Part shown: in pieces, positions 1-13,199 of the stretch
Layout of the letters: each line of letters opens with the position of its first letter
Numbering within the stretch: the first letter of the stretch is position 1
Assembly: GCA_000708835.1 (NCBI GenBank)
Contig: DF237157.1
Coordinates: 1 to 64,000, forward strand
DNA: 64,000 bases
Reading direction: 5' to 3'
From: Klebsormidium nitens
Taxonomy: Eukaryota; Plantae; Klebsormidiophyceae
Translations under genes and position numbers: made by a program
Notes under the pieces: model-generated
Told to the model about the DNA's origin: nothing
The model's database searches: none
Seen by the model: only the letters and a program-made list of their open reading frames with translations

Positions 1-180
1 AGTTTCGATGTCAGGTGCTTGATTGGCGCCCGCCCTTTACTTGTGCCTTTGTACCTGACAGCTGATGAGGTCAGCATTCTCCCACGCACTTCGAAGCAGC
101 AAGTGATTTGTGGAGGATGCTTTCAAGGGCTGTTCAGCTCTTTTTCACTGCTAGGTGGTGTGGTTCGGACGCTTCAAGCA

Positions 181-633
181 ATGTCAGACCGACGGTCCAT
201 GATCCTGATGTATGCGTGCGCGCTGGGTACAGTGGGAGGTAAGCTCGACGGCCCCTCTCTTTCCATCATGGCCGTCATCTGTGGCTGTTTCCTGCCAGCA
301 AGGAAGATTGATTTCTATCTTTCAGACTATGCTTCCACTGAAGCAGCTGAGTAGGCCACTTGCCCTTCAATTTCTGAAGGTGCTGGTCTCCTAGTATACA
401 ATCTAGGAGTTGTCAATCTGTGCTTATGTCTATCCTCATCAGAACTTGGTGGTGGGCCTCTCCTGAGTTGTACTGCCATTTTTGCAGCTCTAGTTCTCAC
501 GTCTAGTTACAAGAAGACAGTAGAGCATCACCAACGGGAAGCAGAGGCAGCAGCGGCAGAGCAGGGTAGTGTGGGGCCATCTAAAGCCAGCACCTTTGAA
601 CAGAAGCTCGCAAATCTTGACAAAGTTCGATGA
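181..633 (+). CDS. Small single-transmembrane protein of unknown function (about 67 aa, 2 exons: 181-238, 488-633)
   Basis: ATG at 181, donor GGAG|GTAAGC at 238/239 and acceptor TTTGCAG|CT at 487/488 give consistent phase 1. Spliced product: MSDRRSMILMYACALGTVGALVLTSSYKKTVEHHQREAEAAAAEQGSVGPSKASTFEQKLANLDKVR*. The frame is also open upstream of 181, so the start is uncertain. No family recognised. Confidence 0.5.
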
Positions 634-1543
634 TGGTGAGGGGTTTTGACCCTGACAAAGATCATACCACCAAGTTCCCGTCAGATGAATGGTGTGAAAG
701 TCATTCATCCCCAGCTAGACAATAGGGTGATCAACTAGCTAGGCTTAAAAAATCTTTTCAAGATTAGAAGCACGGCGAATAGGCAGAGACTTTCCGATTT
801 TAGACAAAAGAAGACGCCCAAAGAAGAAGTGAATACTGCAGTGCAACTTTGTAGTGATAGCGCCAGAGGATTGCAAAAAGTTTTGATCAATGGAAGTCGG
901 AGTTTCCTGTTGACAAAGTAGGCGTCCCTAAGGCCGGCAATGATTCAGAGCATCTGAAACCATCACCGTTCCACTGCATGTGACGGTTGCAAGCTTCTAT
1001 GGTTTGTAGGCCTCTAACAGAGAACGAAACTAGGTAGAAGAGTCGATGAGGTTTTGGAAATTAGGGATCTGGGAACAAGTGTGCATGGGTCCAATCGGGC
1101 AAGCACAATCAGGCAAGTTCTTAGGCACGACGGACACCGCCATCTACACTTTCTGGTTTTTTCTAGTGTGTTTCTCATGAGTTCTGGCATGCGCCGAGTC
1201 CATTTTGGAACGCGCACAATCAGGCCTTGTGCATCCGCGCTAGCTCTTGCCGGACTCATTGTTTCTTCTAAGCTTCAGTCATGGATCGTAATGTCTTACT
1301 GAGGCTCCCAGCAAATCTGGGATTTTTCAGTATGCTGGCGCACGGTATATACAACTTGCACATCGCCGAACTGCCGAAGTCAACTTAGGCGGGCGGCCGC
1401 TACAAGGTGCCGGCTGCCCCAAGCTGCCAATTAAGACATATATCAGAATATGTATCATGATCATGTTCGAGGCACACATGACGGTCACATGCACTGAGTA
1501 CTTGCGAAAATACAATTGTCATAGATATTGCGCCATTCAGACT

Positions 1544-1669
1544 TGCATCAAATCGGCGGCGGTCCCAGTTCCCCCCAATGACGTGGCCGGGACCAACACC
1601 GAGGAGATGATGAACGCGATCGCGGACCTGATCTACAACCGCTTCCGCAAGGGGAAGGACAAGGAGTAG
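1544..1669 (+). CDS. Terminal coding exon (approximate start; TCIKSAAVPVPPNDVAGTNTEEMMNAIADLIYNRFRKGKDKE*), upstream partner exon uncertain
   Basis: Acceptor CCATTCAG followed by a strongly GC3-biased open frame ending in TAG at 1669. Needs a phase-0 upstream donor; candidates are ATG|GTGAGG at 635/636, AAA|GTTCGA at 624/625, and ATG|GTTTGT near 1000. Confidence 0.5.
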   Translation, partial: CIKSAAVPVPPNDVAGTNTEEMMNAIADLIYNRFRKGKDKE

Positions 1670-2407
1670 TCAAATTTTAGTGTCCTATTAGCACGGATAA
1701 TCTACCCCGTCGCAGCATTGAAACATCTCATTTGCATAACATCCGACCCATCATGCATCTGGCACTTGCTAGCTAGAGTAATTTGTTAGCATGCAGTCTA
1801 GGTTACTTGCATCCACCCGGACATGACTTACAATTCCGTAGCAAGTTGTAGAGTCAAAAACACCCATCCCGGCTTGGCCGGAGACCGTGCTCAATGGCTG
1901 AATGAGGCTAAGGGCGTTAATAAATTGGAAGTTACCATCAAAGGCACACAATGATGTAGTGCTATAGGGCGGCAACGTTTGGATCTGCAGTGATCAACTC
2001 GTTGCTGACCCAGATTAGATGCAGGACTCAGCCGATTGATGGGTATGTATTCAGCGCCGGCGACATATGCAGTTAGATACACAGACTCAGCCGATTGGAG
2101 CAGCGTCGATGATAAGAATGTCGCACAGCAATCGGGCATCCGCTTTTTTAAGCTTCATCTTCAAGCTAGTCGATGCAGCGATTCGCGACCAGCATTGGAC
2201 ATGATGCTTTGAATCGAGTGTCTGAAAACCTACCACGTCAAAGCTCGACAACTGTGCGCATCAGGCTGTGCCATTCAAGTGCACGCGCTTGCAAGCCAGC
2301 TGCATCGTAAAGTCGACACTCTCCTATTGCTCGTCAACCAGCGTCAATCCGTCTCGACGAATCCTCTTTATGTACAAAGCAAACGTTAATCAACGTTCCT
2401 ACGAATG

Positions 2408-5097
2408 CTATTTGCCTAAGCACTTCATGAACGCGGAAGTGGCCATCGACCCCAAGAATCGCATCCCCGCTGCCCCCCCCGGGAAGTACGAAACGGCGTA
2501 GTATAGCAATGACATGACCTGCAGGGGAAACATGCTCGTAAGGGGACTGGTATCTTGCAGCATCGGATCTTGAGAGAGCGCAGACTATGATTACGACATT
2601 CTCTCCGGAAGCCTGTCGTCAACTCAAGCAAAGAGGTCGACAAACCTGAGCCGTTCCCTTGTTTGAATTACCTCCTTTCCCCAAGGGTCCAAGTTCGGGT
2701 GAGCTTGTCAAATTCACACGAGCCGCTGAACAGACCATTCTCATCCAGCTTTTCACAATGTAAGAGCTCCTTATCATCAAAGTCGGAGTCTACCTCTACA
2801 CGAAAACGATCAACCGGCCCTGCTTCACAGATACTATCACAGAAAATCCGACTCAAGGAGGAGAACACTCAAGACAAATAATTGCAAGAGAGCCAAACCC
2901 CCTTGCTTTTCGAGCGACCCACCTGAATTCCCGAGAAGACCACCGATAGGAGGTAACTGTGCATGACCATGGATACGTAGATGGTCGCCGCCATGCTGGC
3001 GAGGAAGATGCACGTAAAGGGCAACCGCTCGGCCGACAACATGTGATGCAGCTGATTCTTGGGTCCCTGCAATGAAGACGGGCAGAGTCTTTCAAAGGGC
3101 CTTGAACACAGGTGTTATTTCGACGGATTGTTCGATCTCCCGCGAGATGGCCGGGATTTGAGATCATAGTCGAAACGGAGGACTCTCGCAGTGCGTTGCG
3201 AACTTGCGCTGCAACATCTTGCCCCTGCGTTTCCCAGGTTTGATATATATTACGAACTTACAAAATTCACGTCATCAGAGGTCATTGTTTCTCAGTGTAG
3301 CACGGCGTCGTCTCGCTTCTTTGGACAATGCTGTGAAAGACTCACAAGTGAATGCGGTCAAGTTGTCGAGTGAGCGCCGGAGACTGCAGCGGACTCAGCA
3401 GTCCCAACGGCGGATGCTCTGTGCGGACGAGATTTGACCTTGCTTGTGTGGCAACTATCATAGACGTTGTTAAAAGTGCGACCCAAAGCTTCCAACGCCG
3501 CGAGCAATTCAAATCTGATAACTCGCTGTACGATTTCCAACTCGTGCACCCTGAACTACAAAGGGATTTGAGAATCATTAACCTCGTGGGACACAGACGG
3601 ACGTGTCTCAGACTGCTGTGTTATGCTCCGACTTGCCATGGGAGGGGCAAGTCAAGCAACGGGATAGTCCGGTAAGGGACTCAAACCCAGAAGAAGGAAA
3701 CATGGCTTTGCGCTTCAAATTATCCGGTACGAAGTTGCCTGAATGATGAAGAGGTAAGGAAAGCAGTCTGCGAACTTCTCTGGGCCCAAACAAGTGTCTA
3801 CAGCAATCACGAACTTGACTAATGAAAGGAGCGTCGTTCAGCACTTGCCTTTAGTACGAAGAAGGCCCCAATAATAAAGAGGCAGCCGAGGGTGAAGCAG
3901 ACGGCGAATTTTTGGGGGGCAACGACCATGAGAGGGAGGAAGATGGTGAAAGCCATGGAGAGGAAGAAGACGCCCGTGCCCATCGAGAGGCCGAAGTACA
4001 TGATGGCCCTGCAAAGTCATTGGTTGGATTTTTGCAGACCAGAACACCACAATTGGACCCTATTTCGACATGGAAGGGCTGAATCCGTCGTCAAACGATA
4101 CAACAGATGGAGGACGTTGTACGGATTCTGGACTGCAACAGGAAAGTTCTGACACAGCCTAAGAGACAGGATATGTAAACGCTTCGGTTTACACAGGCCT
4201 TCAACTCTGCGTAAGTGTTCATAAACAAGAACTTTGAGCTTGTACAGGCCTCAAAACTGCTGCAAACCTCGGGGAAAATCTTCGTCGCTGACGGGCCTAA
4301 AGCAATACCGGATTTGACATACCTGAACAGGAATATCATTCAGATGGTGACAAAGAAAAGATTACCAAACGATGATTTCATTATTCAAAGCCACTTCTTA
4401 TGAAGCACTTCAACAGCCTGAACTCTGCATCAGCCTTTCCAAAATAGTGATGAAACATTGAATAGTGCATGCCATATATTAAATGATCCTTATTTGATGC
4501 GCCAATGTGGCATGACTCCATTTGCAGAGGGCGAGTCACAGTCATAGAATGATGCATGATGTGGACCGACATAAGGAACTATGCCAAATGGACGTTCCAG
4601 AAAGTAACATCGCAAGGAGACGCCTTTAGGAACGTACCACGCCCAACTATTCACGAGGCCTTAAAGTTGTGCCCCCTTGGTTTGAGATTTGTCGCTGTTG
4701 CAGAAGCCAAAGCAGAAAGGAGCAGAGAGAATTTGCAGAGTTTCCATTCTCCAACCATACCACCACCAGCACACATTTGCTTTTCACTTAACATCAAGAC
4801 GCCTCTCTCGGCTCACTTTCTCGACGGGATATTTTGCGCCGACGTCTGGATGCTCCCCGGAAGCTCCCGCACCCCCTTGTCGATTGAAGCGAACCCTTTC
4901 AGCAGGAATGTATTTGCTTGCTTCAGCATCGGGTTCTGCAGGAACGAGTCTGTCTCCCCAGCTTCCAAGTCCGCTGAGCTGGCGGCCAGCCCCGCACCGG
5001 AGTGCGAGGTGGTTGCATAAGTGTTCCATTCTGCAACCAGGGACTTTGGACGGTCCTCGGACACGCCTCCCGAGAACCAGCCCTGCAGGGCCTGCAT
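2408..5097 (-). CDS. SFT2: SFT2/Got1-family vesicle transport membrane protein (4 exons: 5097-4817, 4008-3849, 3066-2923, 2518-2408)
   Basis: Spliced translation contains MYFGLSMGTGVFFLSMAFTIFLPLMVVAPQKFAVCFTLGCLFIIGAFFVLK-GPKNQLHHMLSAERLPFT...SYLLSVVFSGIQ-VMSLLYYAVSYFPGGAAGMRF, matching the Got1/Sft2 pattern (KFA..FTLG, GP..QL..M, YFPGG..G). All exon phases are consistent. Intron 2 has a GC donor. Confidence 0.93.
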
Positions 5098-6301
5098 TTC
5101 GGGCGGCCTTTCGACAGCCCACCACTAAAGATTTTTTAAGCGCAGGTATATAGAAGCTTCTCAACGAGCTTTAGAGCGCAAGGGACCCACTGAAACGCAC
5201 TGAGCGGCTTAGAAAGAGCCAATGAGCTGTATGACTTTCACAATAGGGATTAGAGCTTGCTTGAGTATGGGCACTTTTCTGCAGATTGACTGCTGTTTGA
5301 ACAACGTTGGATGGCTGAGCAAAAAGAAAGACTGTCCCTGGCGCTAGAATCTTCAATCTGAAAAGATGTGTAACCTTTGAGCGTGCCAGATGCTCTTTCT
5401 CGTACTTTCTGATATTGGCCCCTTGCTTCTGTGTGCAAAACCCTCAAAAGCCAATGATACATAGGGCACACTCAAGCTGTACGAGGTTGAATTCAGCACC
5501 CTTGATGCATTGTGGTGAAGCAAAAGTTTATCCCCAGGTGGTATGGTATTCCTGCCACTCCAGTGCATACTAGCGCCCCTCACATTCCACTTTCCCATGT
5601 GACAGCACATGTATGCGATATTGGCAGCGTATCTAGCACTGTAGCAGCGCCATGATCCATCCTCAGTGAGGCTGCGGTTTCCGCACCGTCGATCTTTGTT
5701 TGCACTGAACTTTTGACGGTTAACATTGACAACCTAGTTGATAAGCAAGTTTCAGCTTATCGACGGTGCAGAGAAAGCAGGTAGTCTGCTGAGTTTCCAG
5801 CCCGGACTCGTCGCGACACCCTCTTCGACTTCGGGTTCGGCTGGGTTTCAGCCATAACCGTCTTCCCCAACCCGCTTTCCAAGAACCTTCACGAATCACC
5901 GATGCCTCCCTGACCACGTTGACCAGTCCTCGCGGTTTAGACCGAAAACGTCGGAGGTTAGCTAGCTACCTAGCTGGCCAGCCAATATCTGCCAGCGAAC
6001 TCCCCCAGTACTTTTCTCGTTCTTCTGCCCTCAGGCTTCAATGGAGCATCTGCGTAATTCAGTCTAGGAGATAACATCATGCAGCTGAGCCGCTCTTCAG
6101 TGCAGGTTGCGGATTCCACTTTGGAAGCACATTCTGAAGGTATCTAAAGCAGCATTGCGTTTCGTGGTTGCCACATTAGTTCGCTTGCTCGCCCATTGGA
6201 AAAAGTTTATGACGGTTTAGCTGTAAGTTTTTGCTTGGCTCCAGCGATCACAGAAGTGAGTTCCTCATACCGGGAGTTTGCCTAGCAGCCAAACCACGCA
6301 G

Positions 6302-9300
6302 ATGCCTCCACATGACTCTTCTGAGGTGATGTCTACCCCTGATTTTGCTGCACCTGCTGACGTCCTCAAAGGGGAGGAGCGCAAGGAAGCCGATGCTCTT
6401 GATGACCTGACCCACGTTATTGAAGAGGCCAACCTGAGCAGTCCTGTTGCAAGGGAAACTGCACATGAGGTGCGGTTTCTTGCAGCTTATCCTATTCCTA
6501 GTCAAGGAATGTAATATTTTCAGCAAAATGCTGAGGGAAGATGTGGACTTTCACACTGACTGCTACATAGCACTTTCAGCAATGAGCAATCTTGCTGTAC
6601 AGAAAATTGCGGTTTTAAAGTCAACTGTCTGTGTTTGATAGCCAAGTAAAAGAATCAGCGGCCTCGGTAGCATTCTGGGCCTCTGAGTGGAATCCAGCTG
6701 GGGGTGGGGCAGTGCACTGAGGATGTGCTCATGAATAATGCTGTGCAGTGTGGATGTTCCCTCTTCAAACAAAAATTGTTTTCTCATCTGAAGTTTCTGA
6801 CTTGTAAAGCTCAGCCACTTGAACTTGCGGGTTTCTGGTTATAACAGCTAAGTGCTCGTACAGCGCTTTCTGAAGGAACTCTTGGTCGCTGGTTTTGTGT
6901 CACCATCCTATCTTATGTGGATTGCGCAGCTCCATTTGACTCTGGAGGGTCATAATATCATACTGTGATTTGTTGAAAGAGCATAGCATGTGGTCAACTT
7001 CAAGCCCTGTGAGGTCCAAGCTCGCAGCACCAGCGCTTTGAGATATTTTAAGGCATTTCTAGGGTTTGATAACCGAGATGGAACGCACTTGCATAACCTG
7101 CCCACCAGCAATTGTGCAAAGAGCTTGTGAAGTCTGCTTCTGAATATTGCTTAGATCTTACTTCATTGGGGACTCATTTGAGGTCTGAGCTTCACATCAA
7201 GAGGTTGTTTGGATTATGCGGCGCCCATCAGAACTTTTGTTGCACTCGTCATAATGGCCACCGCATGATGCAGATCTGGAGAGCCCAGGCATCGTCAATT
7301 TACTTTAGAGACTTACGCGGCACTCATTGAATTTGAATTGTTGCCAAAGCAATCAAGGCCGTCAGATCAGATAGACTATTCACTTGAATGGCAAGTGAAG
7401 GAATTCTTCCGCAACTGCCTCCTGCGAAGCCAGATTCGTTTAGCAAGCTGGGGCAGATCAGCTCCAGAGATTGCAAAAATGTTCTCATCTTCATAATGAT
7501 CCGTTTCTGTGATGAGATCATTTTCGTTTTTGAGTTTTTTTGTGCTTGTCTGTTCATACCCGTAGTCCACTCTACTTAAGCCCCAATTTCCACGTTCAGG
7601 GCCCCTCCCAAGACCCCGAGTCCAAACCAGCTGCAGACTCGGACACTGCAGACGAGGCCCAGCAGTATGCAAGCCACGTCCGGAATGCGAGCGAGGATTA
7701 CTCAGAGAGCCTCAGGGATGCCGTTCTGAGGGAGCCTGGAAAATCCAGCATCATTGAGGGTGAGGCGCTTTCTAATGCTACGCAGTTTTTTCAAGTCAAC
7801 TGGAGATACTGTTTGTAGCTAATGGATGCCATTGACCGGGCACTTTGATGATGAGTACGGGAAATAGTTGCCCGGGTGATGTCGAATAGCAGGAGAAACT
7901 TGTCGTTCACGCATTGAGGTATTCTGCTTGTGACTTTCAGCAACGCTGGATACATCCCTGTTCTTAACTAGGAGAAGCCTTCTGCTGAATGAGATTCAGA
8001 CCGAGGGAGATGTGCATTCAGTGATTAAAACCGCCTCTGGAACTATGTCTGGGTTGTGAAGGCTTCATTGGGTCACTTTTTGTGCTTCCTGCCAGCGTCA
8101 TTTGTCAGTAAACTGTACACCCTCGATTGAGCTTAATCAAGTCCCTTCATTGCCTTCATTGCTACTGCCCTAGTCAGCGAGTGGTAGCTCATGTTCAGCC
8201 CCTTTATTATCTTTCGTTCAGTGTTCTATCTTAAACTGCGGCCCCACTGATCCACTCAGCAGCCAAACAAAGGATGGCGGTAGACCTTCGACCGGTCATG
8301 CACTGACTTTCAAAACCTCGTGTACAGATGAGTCGACAATTGTTAGTAAGGCGGGCGAGGGCTCCCCCCCTCCTAGTTATGAAGAGGCAACAAAAGAGAG
8401 CTTGTTGACTTTGAGCGGGAATGATGCTATGGGCCGACCGATTGGTAAGCATAGTTTGGCGTCCACGTACAGAATACGATTGGGCACTTCGTGTCCACCA
8501 AAATAAGAAATCTACATGGTTCTGAGGACAGTCGTCTGTAGCTGATATACTGGAACCAGGTCCAGAAACGTAAAAGAGCTTTGGGGCCGAGCTTTTCTCA
8601 TTGTCTTTCTGTCTCTGCCTTCTCATGCAATTCTAAGATCCGGCCTTTGCTTCTGCGGAAAGAGAATGTAATCAAAGCCAACGGCCGCCTTCTGAACGGC
8701 CGCCTTGCGTAGGAGCGTCGAGCATCTTCGCACTTTGGAGGAAAAGCTTGAATTGATTTGATGTAACTTGATGATGCTGCGAGCTTGAAAAGCGGGCTCT
8801 TATTAAATGCTCTATAGCACTCGTTCTGCTTCAGCAAGATTGTCCAGAAGGGTGGGGCCTGTGACGACGAAAAGCTTCAGACGGAAGCAGGCTCTCCTTT
8901 CGTAGCTGGCTGACGAATCTCGTTGTGACACGTGTGCTCGCCTTGCAGTCTTGATTGACGCCAGCCAAGCTCCGCCCCCAAACGAGAGGTCCGCCGCCCT
9001 GAAAAAGCTGATTGGTAAGACTTGCCTTTCAGAATTGGCAGCGATTCCTCTATTTTTTCTCAAGATTCAGCCGATCGGGACAACGAGGGTCAGTCTTGCT
9101 CGCGCTCTTCTAGCTGGTGCTTCCAGACAGCTTTGAACCCCGTTTGTGGCTGCGTCGTCTCGTGATTCGAAGAGCCGTTCCGGCTTTCCTTATTCTGCCT
9201 CCGTTTCGCTTAACCTTTTCGGTCATTGGGCCACCTCCCGACGACTTTTGCGAGGCTCCTGTTTTCAAAGGCTCGAAATCGCTGTATTCTTGTTATCATC

Positions 9301-11865
9301 TTCTTGGACGTGTTATCCCTGAGTCCAACCCTCCTACCCTCTTCCTTCGGTTGCCTTTTTCTTCCCAACCCCGTTGTTCGCTTGCAATCTTCGCACCAGT
9401 GCAGAGAGTCCGCTCGAGCCCTTGCGAGCACACATATTTATTCAGGTCTTATTCCGAAAAAAGCAACCTCAACCGGTTTTCTTGGCCTTCTGCTTACGCG
9501 AACAGTGTCTCAATCGTACGGACACCGTTTCTCCTTTTTGCGCAGAGAAACTCGAACCGATCGTAACGGGCGGCCCCTATGTCCTCGTCTTCGCCCTCTC
9601 ACCCAAGTACACGGCAGCCAACCACAAACAACAGGTGCACTTCCCTAGAAAATTCACCTACAGACGTTTTGTTTGGTCCTACTGCCTCGGAAATACGTCT
9701 ATACACAAGCCTTCAGGAAAGAGAAGGTTCCAAGGGGGATAAGGGAAGGAAACGAAAATTGGCGAGACGAGACTATGCTAGTGTCACGACTGCGGATCCT
9801 GTGGCCTCGTTCACTTCCTTCAAGTGCGGTTGTCCTGATATCCGGGACCTCCAAAGCTTTGATCTGCATCCTCGAGTCTTCGTACAAAGCCTTGCATTTC
9901 ACTTCGAAAAGTTGGACGCCTCAATTTACGGGTGTCCTGCACCGATCATCAGCTCCACTAAAGCCTGTCAACTTTCAGGAATGATAACACGCCGTCGTGA
10001 AACAAGCCCAAGGATTCATTCTCGGCTATCTGGTTGCCACAAGCCGGCCACTCTTGTGTGCGAGAGCATCCCAAAAAATTCGCTCTCTAAACGCCCAACT
10101 TTGCATCGACGCGTGCAGATACCGACCCTATGGCTCCTGAAAGCGTACCGAAAGCTCCCTCGTCCGTACAAGAAGAACGTTCAGAAGATCGTCTTCATCC
10201 ATCCGTCACTTGTCCTTAAGGTTAGCATTTTGGCTTTCTCGTTTCTTCGCTGTTTTTGTTACAATATATCCGCTTGCTCCTGTCCTTCCCTGTGTCTTTG
10301 CTTGGAATCTGCAAGAGGCTCTGCTTGGAATCTGCAAGAGGCTCCTTTGCCGTCAGGTGACCGGTTGGAATAGGACGGTGAGGTCCAAGTTCGTCCGTTT
10401 GAAATATTATATCTTGAGGACACAAGTAGCGCAACTCTCTGCAAGTTTGCCCAGAGTGAAAGCCAGCAGAATCTGGACCTAGCCGGTTGGAAAAGGAATA
10501 CCAGACCCGAAAGACCGAAGAGCTGCAATCAGGGGGGGCAGCTGCACGGATCGAGCAATCATACGTGGTCGTATTTCGAAGATCAAACCTCAACGCCCGC
10601 TTTGTGGACGCCGGATCAGTTCCTTATCACACGGCTGAGCAATCGTTCTATCCTCATCTGCAGGCTGCCTTCAAGTTTCTGACGCCGCTCCTGAGTCCCA
10701 AAGTCCACCGAAAGATCGTCAAAGTCAACCGATTGGTGAGTGCCTCTTATAGGCATCTTTGGTCGTCAACGGACTCTCTTCACTTGGGTTTGACCGAGCC
10801 GGCACTTAGCTCCGCTTGACGAGGGGAGAAAATCCGCTGATAATCCGCGCAGGGTGCCTCAACCCCTTCATCTGTGACCATTTGATCCCCCTTCCTTTCT
10901 TGTTCTGGCGTTGTTTGGCGTTGTTGTGCAAAATTTCCCCAAGGTTTTGAATACATTGTGGGCTTCATATATATCTCATTCATTGTAGAACGGGTCTTGC
11001 ACTAAATGCAGTCGTCCTGCCGGCGTTTGGGAAGAGGCAAGCCAAGAAATGCTTAGGCGAACTCTATGCGCCCTCTTCCCAACCAGCCTATATGGAATCA
11101 GCGTTTTGATCAGCTCCTGGTTAGCTTCGTGCGAACCCCTACCATTTGGAATGATGCAGAGTCCTTAACCAGCTTTGACTGCCCTTTTTCCCACTTTTCT
11201 CGCTACTGGAGCAGTATCGTCCCTGGGCTGGGTTGTGTTAGTTTTTCAACCTAAAACCCTAAATCCCTAAAACCAAAGGAACGCTAGCTCGCAAGTTCAG
11301 TGCCACACAACATGTTCGGTCAGCAGACCTTTGGGATCATGTTCGGTTAGATGGTCAACTCTTCAGGACCCGGCAACCGAATCTGGCGCTGTTTACAAGA
11401 GCTTCAGGTTCTGGATAGCAGCGTTCGACTGAAAACGGGGCAGTTCCAGGGTATTCTGCTTGGGTTCATTGATCTATCAGACCACAGAAAGGTCGGATCA
11501 AGCACGCGGTAACAGAGCTTGGCAGCGTTTGCAACGCGGATGAGATACAAGCAGCCTGGCGGTCCAGTCATTAGCCGCAGACTCACCTTTCTCAGCAGAC
11601 ACCTCTAAACTGTCCGACACAAGGAGAGAAGTTTGACTCCGTTCCTCTTCTGCAGAGTGACCTGCCGGTGTTGACGAACAGCGAGATCTTCCTCGACCAA
11701 CTCAAGTTGGCTGAGCATGTGTTTGAGTACGACAGACGACAGTCAAGCCTGTCGAAAACCCAATCTCTCACGATCACGGGCCCGGAGGTTGCGCTGAGCA
11801 CGGTTAACGAGCGCGATGACACAGAGGCGGAGCATCAAGACCCACCCGTTGTTGTAGTCAAGTAG
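6302..11865 (+). CDS. BCH / CRAL-TRIO_2 (Sec14-like, BNIP-2/Cdc42GAP homology) domain protein, about 288 aa, 7 exons (6302-6469, 7600-7759, 8949-9014, 9546-9634, 10119-10220, 10664-10735, 11656-11865)
   Basis: Exons join in consistent phase and give VLIDASQAP...EKLEPIVTGGPYVLVF...IPTLWLLKAYRKLPRPYKKNVQKIVFIHPS...FLTPLLSPKVHRKIVKVNRL, the BCH signature (W....Y..L...YKKN...L..VHP...P..S.KF..KI..V). The N-terminal region is acidic and low-complexity. Confidence 0.85.
10299..10344. repeat. Exact 23-bp tandem duplication in an intron
   Basis: TGCTTGGAATCTGCAAGAGGCTC occurs twice head-to-tail (10299-10321 and 10322-10344). Confidence 0.9.
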
Positions 11866-13199
11866 AGAATCTGCTGATCGGAAATTTTAGAATTTGTGTG
11901 AAACGTCTGGTATAGCAGTGCTTATGAGGAGCGGGAGTGCCAGAAGAAGTAGAATTAAGTTCAGGGGCGATCGATTATCGAAGGAGATAAGCATGGCAGT
12001 TTTTCGTAGAGATATCATCTTAGCATCCAGGATAAAGCAGGACTCGAATGAATAGTAGTATAGTGTTCAGGTCTGACATTACCAAGCTCTGGAGATTGTC
12101 AGGAGTCAATTCGGCTCCAGTCGGGCATATACCATATTCAGTCACATTAGTACCTGCTGACTGCGCCTGGTAAAAGGAGGGTCCGAAGGTTTTTCCGGAT
12201 CCAACGCGTGCTTTTGAACGAGTTCGATCCAGTGTTACACATGCAGGGCCGGCGCCCTGAGGGTAACGTATGGCTCCATTCCTAGGGCTCTATGCATGCA
12301 TGCTTGCACGGCCCTCATGGCTGCAGCCATGGCGATGTGCATGGTGCAGTAGCTTGACATACGAGCTATAGCCTGGTAATGACTGCGCGCATATGTACAA
12401 TTTGGTCACGTGGGCCATCAGGCCCTGCGCTAGCTGAAATTTATAGTGATTGGCTACCCATGGGCCCGATCACGCAGGCCCCGGCCTACTGCAACTTTTA
12501 CGGAGTGACGGTGGCCAGGCCGTCATTGATTGCATGCACAAGCTTGTAGCTAGCTCTGACGACGCTGGCCGGCTCGTGTTAAGTCTGATGGAACAGCCAT
12601 GCATATCGACATATATATAAGCTCACCAGGTGTATAGCTAGGCGCCGTTGACAAACTTACGTCCTCTCACCGTGACTGATGCTCCAACTTAGTAAGTACT
12701 ATATGACTTTGCAATGACGGTAATGCGTGTGCAATCAAAGCCAGGTCTCAATTGATATTGACCTCGTATACACATGGCATGCATGATCACCCGCGAAGCA
12801 ACCATTTTTACAATTACGTGCATATCAAACCATCAAATCTATAGGTTGGAGAGGTTATTGCATATAGTATAGCCGAGCATGATGTACGGGACTCAAGTAC
12901 TGAAATTCGGGGTCCATTTGAGAGATGCTCTAGTGGCGAGCCACTATAAGATCATTGCATCATGTCCTGCAGTCGGTTTCCTTGCTTTCGTACTCATTGA
13001 ATCCTCTTCAAAATCACCCGTAATTACCTTCAGCTGTACTTAGGTCAGTAGGCTTGGAATGCCAGTTATAACGAGTGCTCTTCATTTAGGACGAAGTATC
13101 TGCGCTCACTGACTGCTATCCGCGGTGTAATCTCTATGTACAGTCCGAATCAGTCACCCTCCTCCAGAAGCAATCACAACCAGGAACAAAACAGTGGGC

